A stretch of 32,000 nt of DNA from Propionibacterium freudenreichii subsp. freudenreichii (GTDB lineage Bacteria; Actinomycetota; Actinomycetes; Propionibacteriales; Propionibacteriaceae): contig NZ_CP010341.1 in the NCBI RefSeq assembly GCF_000940845.1, forward strand, positions 1,680,001-1,712,000, given 5' to 3'. Shown in pieces: positions 1 to 7,788 of this stretch. A model generated the notes under the pieces. It did no database searches, had not been told where the DNA came from, and saw nothing but the letters and a program-made list of their open reading frames with translations. Position 1 is the stretch's first letter. Every line of letters begins with the position of its first letter. The position numbers and the translations under genes are program-made.

Positions 1-62
1 TGCTCTTCATTCGACAGGGGCATCACACGCCTCCTTCATCAGGAGTAACAGATGTGTCCAGT

Positions 63-1304
63 CTAGGCGGTCCCACCCACAGAAGTAATGCCGGGTGACC
101 CGCTTTCTGGATTGGACAACGTTCTGCGGGTGAGTCGGGCGCGCTGCGCCGCATGGGCCCCGAAGCGGTAGACCACGTCATCGGCCGCCAATTCCACCTG
201 GCGCATGCCCCGCTCGGGTTCATCGAGGGCCGGCTGCCGATAGGCCTGGTCGCTGGGCACCAGGCCCTCGACGCGAACCCCCACGCGACGGATGCGGGCG
301 CGTTGCAGGCCCAGGGACTCGAACAGCTTCCTCGCCCGGGCATAGATCTCGTCGGTGACATCGGTGGGATCACGCAGCGTCCCACTGCGGGTGATCGTGG
401 TGAAGTCGGCGAAGCGCACATCGAGCACCACCGTGCGGCCACACAGGCCACTGGCCCGCATCCTCCCCGCGGTGCGTGCCGCCATGCGCAACAGCTCGGT
501 GCCCACCTGCTCGGGGTCATCGGTGTCACGGGCAAAGGTGGTCTGGGAACCAATGCTGCGTTCCCGGTCCTGCCCCACCACCAACGATTCATCATGCCCC
601 CAGGACAGGTCGGACAGCCATTGCCCGGCACGAGCCCCCAGCGCACGCCGCAGGGTGGACACCGGGGTATGCGCCACCTGCCCCACCGTCGACAGGCCCA
701 GCTTGTGCAATGTGGACGCGGTGGCGGGGCCGACCCCGCTCAGCTGCTCCACCGGTAGGGGGTGCAACAGGGCCACGACCTCCCCGGGATCAACCACGAG
801 CAGGCCATCGGGCTTGACGCGATTGCTGGCCAGCTTGGCCAGGGCCCGCCCCTGGGCGATGCCCACCGAGCAGGTGATGTGCTGCTCATCGGCCACCCGG
901 GCCCGCACGTTCTCGCCGATCAGGCGGGGAGAGCCGAGTCGACGTTGCGACCCGGTGATGTCGAGATAGGCCTCATCGATGCTCGCGGCCTCGACGCGGT
1001 CGGTGATCTGGTCGAACAGGGCGAAGACCCCCGCCGAGACGGCCCCGTAGTGATCGAAGTCGGGTGGCACCGCCACGCCGGCGGGGCACAACCGGCGGGC
1101 CCGCGTGGAAGCCATGCCACCACTCACCCCGTAGGTGCGGGCAAGGTAGTTCGCGCTCAACACGACCCCCCGCTCGGCGCCACCCACCCAGAACGGCACC
1201 GTGCGCAGCCGGGGATTGCGTGCCGCCTCCACCGAGGCATAGAAGGCATCCATGTCGACGTGCATGATCACCCGGCCCCGCATCACATCGGGCATCTCAG
1301 GCAT
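63..1304 (-). CDS. dinB: DNA polymerase IV (Y-family translesion polymerase, DinB-type, catalytic residues intact)
   Basis: 413-aa ORF. The N-terminal VIMHVDMDAFYASVE and SIDEAYLDIT motifs are the Y-family catalytic Asp/Glu signatures. The ATG lies 26 nt downstream of the dnaE2 stop on the same strand. Alternative in-frame starts exist (M4, M8). Confidence 0.85.
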   Translation of the reverse strand: MPEMPDVMRGRVIMHVDMDAFYASVEAARNPRLRTVPFWVGGAERGVVLSANYLARTYGVSGGMASTRARRLCPAGVAVPPDFDHYGAVSAGVFALFDQITDRVEAASIDEAYLDITGSQRRLGSPRLIGENVRARVADEQHITCSVGIAQGRALAKLASNRVKPDGLLVVDPGEVVALLHPLPVEQLSGVGPATASTLHKLGLSTVGQVAHTPVSTLRRALGARAGQWLSDLSWGHDESLVVGQDRERSIGSQTTFARDTDDPEQVGTELLRMAARTAGRMRASGLCGRTVVLDVRFADFTTITRSGTLRDPTDVTDEIYARARKLFESLGLQRARIRRVGVRVEGLVPSDQAYRQPALDEPERGMRQVELAADDVVYRFGAHAAQRARLTRRTLSNPESGSPGITSVGGTA

Positions 1305-1330
1305 GCCCCGTCCCGATCACCATGGCAGGT

Positions 1331-4300
1331 TCAGCCCCCTGAGCTACCCGGACTGGCATGCCACAACTTGCGCGAGGCGGTGATCAGCGATTCCCCGGCC
1401 ACGGCGGTATCGGCGAAGGGCGACTGCAGGAAGCCGCTGGGATGGCGGAGCATCCGATGGACGGCCGGTGGCGCCCAGCTGGTTGCATGCTCCCCCAGCC
1501 GGGCACGGACGGCGGCCAGGGCCGCCCCACGACCTGAGGCATCACGCACCCGGCTGTACAACGCATGGAGTTCCTGCATGTCCCAGGCTCCCGTGGCGTT
1601 CAGTGAGATGCCACGGGGGCCGGTGCGTCGGATCTCACCACGCACCACGAGCAGCCAGTTGCTGAACACGGTGGACGCATAGGGGCCCTGGGCGTCCTCG
1701 AAGAAGGTGGCATCGACGGGACCGGTCGAATCATCGAGGCTCAGGAAGACCACCCGGCGCCCCGAGCGCACCGGGGGTGTCTGCGTGGCAACCTTGACCC
1801 CCGCGACCAGTACCTCCTCGTGGTTGCGGTGGTCTAGCAGCTGGGCGGCAGGCACCCAACCGAGGCCCTGCAGCATCTCCTGGTAGAACTCCACGATGTG
1901 GCGACTCACGTCCATGCCCAGCACCGCGAGCTCCGCCTGCGTCCGCTCAGCGCGCGACATCTCGGGCAGGCCGCTGGGCTCGACGTCACCGGCCGCCGCG
2001 AAATCGAAGGTTCCCTGGAGGCTGGTTGCGGCGCCATGGGCACGCCGTCCGGCCCGGGCATCACGCACCAGGTCGCCCAGGGTGAGCAACAGGTCGCGCC
2101 GCGTCACCCGTCCGGCACCGGAGGGGCGGTCAGGGTCAATGCCGTAGAGCGAATCCAGGCCACCCACCATGATCAGGTTCTCGGCCACGGGGGCACTGAC
2201 ATGGGAGCGGGCGAAGAAATCGGACAGGTCGTCGTAGGGCTGGCCCGCCACGATGGATCCGATCATGTCGTCGGTGATGCCGGCCACGTCGGCCAAGGAG
2301 AGCCGGATGCCCCAGTCCCGGGCATCGGGGAGGCCTGCCGGCGGCGCCGGCATCTGCGGGTCGGCCTCCACCGGCTCGGCATGGAAGCTTCCGCTGCAGG
2401 AGTTCACGTCGATGCCCAGCACCGAGATGCTCATGCGCCGGGCCTCCTCGAGCAGCAACCTCTTGGGATACATGCCGGGATCGTGGGTGAGGATGCCCGC
2501 CAGGAACTGTGCCGGCCAGTGCCTCTTCAGCCACGCCGACTGATAGGTGGGCACCGAGAAGCTGGCCGCATGCGCCTTGCAGAAGCCGAAGGAGGCGAAT
2601 GACTCCAGGGCCGCCCAGATGCGCGTGGCCTGGCCCTGGTCATAGCCGTTGAGTCGGGCGTACTTGAAGAACCACTCCTGCACCGCGGGCTTGGCCGACA
2701 TGCTGCCCAGGGCACGGCGCATCTCATCGGCGCGCCCCAATCCCTTGCCGGTGACCTCCGCGATGATGCGGATCACCTGCTCGTGGAAGACGATCACGCC
2801 ATAGGTCTCGGCCAGGATCGGACGCAACCGCTCGTCCAGATAGCTCGGCGAGACCCATCCGGCACGGGCATCGAGGAAGGGCGAGACCATGTCGGCCTTC
2901 ACCGGACCGGGTCGGAACAGCGAGATGTCGATGATGATGTCGTTGAAGCAGGTGGGTGCGAACTTCCCCACCAGCTCGCGCTGGCCGGGTGATTCGATCT
3001 GGAAGCAGCCCAATATCTGGCTGTGGTCGATCAGTTCATAGACCTCCGGATCGTCGAAGGGCTCCAGCTCCTCGAGGTCGGGAACCTCCTCGGGACCCTC
3101 GGTGTGGCGGATCTCGTCAAGGGCATGGGCGATGGCGGATTGCATGCGCACGCCGAGCACATCGAGCTTGAGCAGGCCCATCTCCTCCACATCGTCCTTG
3201 TCGTACTGGCTCATCGGGAAGTCACTGGCACTGGTCTGCACCGGACTGCGGTCGTAGAGGGTCTTGTCGCTGATGATCACCCCGCAGGGATGCAGGGCCA
3301 GGTGCCGTGGCAGCCCGTCGAGCCCTTCGACCAGGTCAAGCACCACCCCGAAGCGTTCCTCGTTGATACCCGCCGACCGCAGCTCCGGCAGCTCCGCCAG
3401 GGCATTGCGCACCTGATCGGCACGGATATGGGGAAAGGCCTTGGCCATCGCATCGATCTCACCGGGTGGCACGCTCAGCGCCACCCCCACGTCGCGGAGG
3501 GCATGGCGTGCCCGATAGGTCTCCACCATGGCCACGCAGGCCACCTGGTCGGCGCCGAAGCGGTCGAGCACCATCCGGTAGATGTCGGTACGGCGCGCCG
3601 ATTCCACGTCGAGGTCAATATCGGGCAACTTGTCGCGCTCGGCGGACAGGAAACGCTCCATGAGCAGGCCGTAGCGCATCGGGTCGACCCCCGAGATCCC
3701 GAGCAGATGGTTGACCAGGCTCCCCGCACCCGACCCACGCGCCGTGCACCGCAGCCCCGCACCGCGCACCATGTCGACCACTCCGGCCACGGTGAGGAAA
3801 TAGGAGGCCATGTTGCAGCCCTCGATCACACCGAGCTCGGCATCCAGACGCTGTTCCACCATGGTCGTGTTCCCTCGATAGCGCCGTGGCAGTCCGGCCA
3901 GGCAACGCTCCCGCAGGCGTCGGCTCGCGTCGGGAACACCGGGCAGGTGGATCTCGCCCAGCCCGATATCGCGCTTCGGATCGAGCACGCATTCCTCGGC
4001 CAGGACCCTGGTGTCCGCCAGCAGGCGACGCCCCCGGTCATCACGGCCGGCACCGTCGCTGATGCGCGCTGCCACCGCCGCCATCTGCCCGGACGGCTTG
4101 AGCCACCCCTCTCCGGTACCAAGCCCCAGGCGCCCCATGGTGAGCGGTTGGAGCAGCCGGGCCGCATCGAGCACATCGCAGACCGGCGCCTGATCAGCCC
4201 TGGCCATGCGCACCTGGTTGGTGAGCACGCACTCCAGTCGGTGACGGTCGGCGAACCTCACCATGGCCACCGCCTGCGGCAACGAGGCCTCCCCGTCACG

Positions 4301-4951
4301 CCCCAGGTGGTCGCTCACCGCAAGGGCGATCCTGTTGTCGGGGACCACCTGCCGCCACCGGGCGAGCTCCCGGTCAGCACCATGGTCGTCATGGTTGGCC
4401 AGGGCCCTGCCCAGTGACGAATCCGGACCCAACAGCACCGACAACCCACCGTCACCGGCCCACTGACCGAACAGCTGGCCGGTGGCGACCGGACGAGCCC
4501 GGTCCGGTGCCTGATGGGCTCCGGTCACCAGCCGACACAGCGCGGCCCAGCCGGCCTTCGACCGGGCGAGCACGACCACGCGCGGCAGGCCCTCGTCCCG
4601 TAGCGAGCCGCCCTTCACCGGCACGGGCCGCACGCGGCGTGCACCATCGGGCACACCGCAGAGCTCCACGGCCAGGTCGACTCCCACGATGGGCGAGATA
4701 TTCGCCTGCTGGCAGGCCTGCACGAAGCGGACCGCACCATAGAGCCCATCGCGATCGGTGAGGCCCAGCATGGTCATGCCTGCCGCAGCGGCGCCCGCCA
4801 CGAGTTCCTCGGGATGACTGGCCCCGTACTGCAGCGAATATGACGAGGCGACGCGCAGGTGCACGAAGGCAGGCATGCCGTCCGGACCCCGACGATCGGG
4901 GAGGCGGGGCCGTTCCTCCCCGCCTGACCTGCCGACTGTCCTTCGACTCAT
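1331..4951 (-). CDS. dnaE2: Error-prone DNA polymerase (C-family Pol III alpha homologue, DnaE2/ImuC-type)
   Basis: The ORF is open from 1331 to 4990. PHP-like N-terminus FVHLRVASSYSLQYGASHPEELV. Polymerase motifs LPDIDLDVES, GLLKLDVLGVRMQSAI and FRPGPVKADMV. A LexA box lies upstream of the operon. I chose the ATG at 4951 because a GAGGGG RBS lies 7 nt upstream. ATGs at 4990 and 4876 are alternatives. Confidence 0.85.
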   Translation of the reverse strand: MSRRTVGRSGGEERPRLPDRRGPDGMPAFVHLRVASSYSLQYGASHPEELVAGAAAAGMTMLGLTDRDGLYGAVRFVQACQQANISPIVGVDLAVELCGVPDGARRVRPVPVKGGSLRDEGLPRVVVLARSKAGWAALCRLVTGAHQAPDRARPVATGQLFGQWAGDGGLSVLLGPDSSLGRALANHDDHGADRELARWRQVVPDNRIALAVSDHLGRDGEASLPQAVAMVRFADRHRLECVLTNQVRMARADQAPVCDVLDAARLLQPLTMGRLGLGTGEGWLKPSGQMAAVAARISDGAGRDDRGRRLLADTRVLAEECVLDPKRDIGLGEIHLPGVPDASRRLRERCLAGLPRRYRGNTTMVEQRLDAELGVIEGCNMASYFLTVAGVVDMVRGAGLRCTARGSGAGSLVNHLLGISGVDPMRYGLLMERFLSAERDKLPDIDLDVESARRTDIYRMVLDRFGADQVACVAMVETYRARHALRDVGVALSVPPGEIDAMAKAFPHIRADQVRNALAELPELRSAGINEERFGVVLDLVEGLDGLPRHLALHPCGVIISDKTLYDRSPVQTSASDFPMSQYDKDDVEEMGLLKLDVLGVRMQSAIAHALDEIRHTEGPEEVPDLEELEPFDDPEVYELIDHSQILGCFQIESPGQRELVGKFAPTCFNDIIIDISLFRPGPVKADMVSPFLDARAGWVSPSYLDERLRPILAETYGVIVFHEQVIRIIAEVTGKGLGRADEMRRALGSMSAKPAVQEWFFKYARLNGYDQGQATRIWAALESFASFGFCKAHAASFSVPTYQSAWLKRHWPAQFLAGILTHDPGMYPKRLLLEEARRMSISVLGIDVNSCSGSFHAEPVEADPQMPAPPAGLPDARDWGIRLSLADVAGITDDMIGSIVAGQPYDDLSDFFARSHVSAPVAENLIMVGGLDSLYGIDPDRPSGAGRVTRRDLLLTLGDLVRDARAGRRAHGAATSLQGTFDFAAAGDVEPSGLPEMSRAERTQAELAVLGMDVSRHIVEFYQEMLQGLGWVPAAQLLDHRNHEEVLVAGVKVATQTPPVRSGRRVVFLSLDDSTGPVDATFFEDAQGPYASTVFSNWLLVVRGEIRRTGPRGISLNATGAWDMQELHALYSRVRDASGRGAALAAVRARLGEHATSWAPPAVHRMLRHPSGFLQSPFADTAVAGESLITASRKLWHASPGSSGG

Positions 4952-4962
4952 GGGGGTGCCCC

Positions 4963-5364
4963 TCAGTCCACTGCTGCGATGAGGGACCATTCCCCCTCGC
5001 AGGATGCCAGGTCGTAGACCCCCTGACGGTCGCCCGAGCTGGCCACCACCCGCCAGACCGTGCGCTGCCGGGCACCCCGCCGGAGCCCGTGGGCCGGCGA
5101 GCTGGGGACTGGGGCCCGGGATGGTTCGGCGGGACTTGCCCAGTCGTCACCCTCTGCGCGCCACCAGGCCTCGTCGGCGGGCAGGCCCGTGCCGAATCGC
5201 TCCCCCTCCGGGCCGCCCACCCCATCGGGGTTGGTCCACCAGGGAACCGCCTCCACCCAGCTGCGCTGCACCTCGCTGACCCGCCAGAGCCGGGAGCGCC
5301 AGACGAAGCGGTGCGGCGTGCCATGCACCGGCTCACAGATGATTGCCCTCTCGTAGCTGCGCAT
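4963..5364 (-). CDS. Small Trp-rich hypothetical protein, first gene of the dnaE2 operon (possible stand-alone ImuB-C-terminal-like / DUF6504-like module)
   Basis: 133 aa from the ATG at 5364, with AAGGGG 6 nt upstream. The track ORF extends to 5451, but that start lies inside the LexA box. Its TGA stop lies within the dnaE2 RBS. Motifs: RFVWRSRLWRVSEVQRSWVEAVPWW and RTVWRVVASSGDRQGVYDLASCEGEWSLIAAVD. Confidence 0.6.
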   Translation of the reverse strand: MRSYERAIICEPVHGTPHRFVWRSRLWRVSEVQRSWVEAVPWWTNPDGVGGPEGERFGTGLPADEAWWRAEGDDWASPAEPSRAPVPSSPAHGLRRGARQRTVWRVVASSGDRQGVYDLASCEGEWSLIAAVD

Positions 5365-5443
5365 GGCATGCCCCTTCCCCGATCCGATCCGCTCATCAAG
5401 CGCTTCCCCGTCGATGAACCGGGACTTGAAAGCTAGCACATAT

Positions 5444-5459
5444 TCGAACACCCATTCGA
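5444..5459. promoter_or_regulatory. Putative LexA (SOS) box
   Basis: TCGAACACCCATTCGA differs by 1 mismatch from the actinobacterial consensus TCGAAC-N4-GTTCGA. It lies 80 nt upstream of the small-ORF ATG (5364). On the minus strand a TAGCTT (TANNNT) -10-like hexamer (5435..5430) follows it. It sits in the divergent intergenic region shared with the helD-like gene. Confidence 0.6.
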
Positions 5460-5494
5460 TAGATGGCCATTACCTGTGGACCCGCCACCTGCGA

Positions 5495-5524
5495 CACACC
5501 CGGCTTGTGGACGAGCCGGGTGTG
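5495..5524. promoter_or_regulatory. Perfect inverted repeat (11-bp arms, 8-nt spacer) upstream of the helD-like gene; candidate operator or 5' structure
   Basis: CACACCCGGCT-tgtggacg-AGCCGGGTGTG. It ends 54 nt before the GTG at 5578. (T/C)GTGGAC recurs at 5475, 5506 and 5557. Confidence 0.35.
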
Positions 5525-5577
5525 CCACGGGCCACGCGGAGTAAAGTTGATCGACCCGTGGACAGGACTGAGACACT

Positions 5578-7788
5578 GTGACTGAATCTGCACCACACGA
5601 CGACGCCGACATTCTGGAGCACGAGCTGGAGCTCGAACAGCGCCATGTTGACCACGTCTATGAACGCCTCGAGGCGGCCATGGCGGAGGCCCGCAATGTC
5701 GAGGCGGAAAGCCGTGCCCGCTTCACCAGCGATCGTGCTGATTGGCTGCGCGAGGAGGACAGCACCGCACTGTTCGAGCGCGACGCCTTCGCCTACCAGG
5801 CCTCACGACGACTGGCGATCCTCGACGAGGAGCATGAGGGGCTGGTCTTCGGACGCCTCGACCTGCTGCTCGACAAGGAGACCCGCTACATCGGACGGCT
5901 CGGCGTGCGCGACGAGGACTACGAGCCACTGGTCATCGACTGGCGCGCACCGGCGGCCGAGGCCTTCTACCGGGCGACCCCGAACAACCCGATGGGCGTG
6001 GTGCGTCGACGCGTCCTGCGCTGCCGCGACGACAAGGTGATCGGCATCGAGGACGATCTCCTCGACACCGAGGCCGACACCGACCTGGTCGTCATCGGCG
6101 AGGGTGCCCTGATGGCCGCCCTCGGCCGTGCCCGCGGCCAGCACATGCGCAGCATCGTGGCCACCATCCAGGCCGAACAGGACGAGGCGATCCGTGCCCC
6201 CTACCAGGGGGTCACGACGATTGCCGGCGGCCCCGGCACCGGCAAGACGGTGGTGGCACTGCACCGGGCCGCCTACCTGCTCTACACCCATCGCAAGCGC
6301 CTGGAACGCGGCGGCGTCCTGGTGGTCGGCCCCTCCGATGTGTTCATGAACTACATCGAGCGGGTGCTGCCCGGCCTGGGCGAGGACGCCGTGACGCTGC
6401 GCAGCGTCGGCCGGGTCGCCGACGACGTGCTGGGGCTGGGCTCCGATCGTCAGGACAGCGCCGAGGCCACGATCCTCAAGGGCTCCCTGGTGATGAGCAG
6501 GCTGTTGCGCCGACTCGTCAACGAACCCCTGGTGGCGCAGGGCGCCCAGCAGCTGCGGGTCACCTTCTCCGGTGAGATCCTCACCCTCGACGCCAAGGCG
6601 CTGGCCGCAATGCGCAACAAGATCCTGGCGAACAACAAGCTCAACGAGGCCCGCCACATCGCCGAGCAGGCACTGCTCGGCGCGCTGTATGCCAAGCTGC
6701 CGCCGGCCCTGGCCAAGGATGTGGAGCGCGACGAGTTCGACGACAAGGTGACCACCCAGGCCAGTTGGCAGATGTTCGTCAACGCATGGTGGCCACCCCT
6801 GGACGCCGAGCAGGTGCTGGCCCGTCTGGCTGAGCCGACGCTGGCCGCGAAGGTCTCCCACGGGCTGCTGGATGCCGATCAGCAGGCCGTGCTGTCGGAG
6901 TCCCTGTCGCAGTCCCGCGGATACGTCCCCGCCGCCGGCATGGCCCATCCGCAGTGGTCGGTCAGCGATATCCCGCTGCTCGATGAGCTGGCGATGATCC
7001 TCGGCCCGCTGCCCGAGCCCGCCAGCACCGAGCCCGACCTCTTCCTCGACTCGACGAAGGAGGAGCTGGTGACCACCGCTGACCTGTTGTCGGACCAGCG
7101 CGACACCGAGGACGACGAGCTGCTGCAGAACTACTCGCACGTACTCGTGGATGAGGCACAGGACATCACCCCCATGCAATGGCGGATGATCCGGCGTCGC
7201 GGGCCACAGGCGAGCTGGACGATCGTCGGCGACCCGGCCCAGAGTTCCTACCCGGAGGCGGCCCAGACCGACCGCGCCATGCGGGAACTGATCGGACGGG
7301 CGCCCCACCGCACCTTCCGACTGGCGACGAACTACCGCTCGCCGGCAGAGGTCATGAACCTGGCCGGACGCTTCATCCGCACCTACCTGCCCGAGGCGGA
7401 CCTGCCCAATGCGGTGCGGAGCACCGGTATCGAGCCGGAGCTCGCGGCCACCACGCCGGAGGACCTCGACATGACGGTGCGCGCGCTCATCGAGCGCCTG
7501 CTGGGCCAGGTGGAGGGAACCATCGGCGTCATCGTGCCGCCCTCGGCGGTCGAGGAGGTACGCACCTTCGATCCGGGTTCGGATCGGGTGTTGGTGGTCA
7601 CCGCGCTGCAGGCCAAGGGCCTGGAATATGACGCGGCGCTGGTGATCAATCCCGACCAGATCATTGCCGAGGCACCCGGTGGTCCCCGGGTGCTCTATGT
7701 GGCGCTGACCCGCCCGACGCAACGCCTGATCACCCTGGACGTCACCACGGGCGGCGTGCCAGGAGAATGGCGAGAATCTCTCGGGTAG
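5578..7788 (+). CDS. helD: HelD-like (UvrD/helicase IV superfamily 1) RNA-polymerase-associated ATPase
   Basis: 736 aa. Walker A IAGGPGTGKTVVALHRAAYLLY. Walker B VLVDEAQDITPMQWRMI. C-terminal LYVALTRPTQRL. The N-terminal acidic coiled segment (EHELELEQRHVDHVYERLEAAMAEAR) is typical of actinobacterial HelD. GTG start. Confidence 0.8.
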   Translation: MTESAPHDDADILEHELELEQRHVDHVYERLEAAMAEARNVEAESRARFTSDRADWLREEDSTALFERDAFAYQASRRLAILDEEHEGLVFGRLDLLLDKETRYIGRLGVRDEDYEPLVIDWRAPAAEAFYRATPNNPMGVVRRRVLRCRDDKVIGIEDDLLDTEADTDLVVIGEGALMAALGRARGQHMRSIVATIQAEQDEAIRAPYQGVTTIAGGPGTGKTVVALHRAAYLLYTHRKRLERGGVLVVGPSDVFMNYIERVLPGLGEDAVTLRSVGRVADDVLGLGSDRQDSAEATILKGSLVMSRLLRRLVNEPLVAQGAQQLRVTFSGEILTLDAKALAAMRNKILANNKLNEARHIAEQALLGALYAKLPPALAKDVERDEFDDKVTTQASWQMFVNAWWPPLDAEQVLARLAEPTLAAKVSHGLLDADQQAVLSESLSQSRGYVPAAGMAHPQWSVSDIPLLDELAMILGPLPEPASTEPDLFLDSTKEELVTTADLLSDQRDTEDDELLQNYSHVLVDEAQDITPMQWRMIRRRGPQASWTIVGDPAQSSYPEAAQTDRAMRELIGRAPHRTFRLATNYRSPAEVMNLAGRFIRTYLPEADLPNAVRSTGIEPELAATTPEDLDMTVRALIERLLGQVEGTIGVIVPPSAVEEVRTFDPGSDRVLVVTALQAKGLEYDAALVINPDQIIAEAPGGPRVLYVALTRPTQRLITLDVTTGGVPGEWRESLG

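Noticed and set aside
63-1304. Calling the Y-family gene imuB because it neighbours dnaE2.
   Set aside because: ImuB proteins lack the catalytic carboxylates. This protein retains DMD...E and SIDE motifs and has DinB length and N-terminus. It is therefore called dinB.
5365-5451. The ATG at 5451 as the start of the small ORF upstream of dnaE2 (162-aa version).
   Set aside because: That codon lies inside the LexA box and upstream of the likely -10 hexamer. The ATG at 5364 has a proper AAGGGG RBS. The 133-aa form is preferred.
5495-5524. Identifying the helD upstream dyad as the rifamycin-associated element (RAE).
   Set aside because: I cannot reproduce the RAE consensus from memory with enough certainty. 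It is kept only as a candidate operator to be compared.
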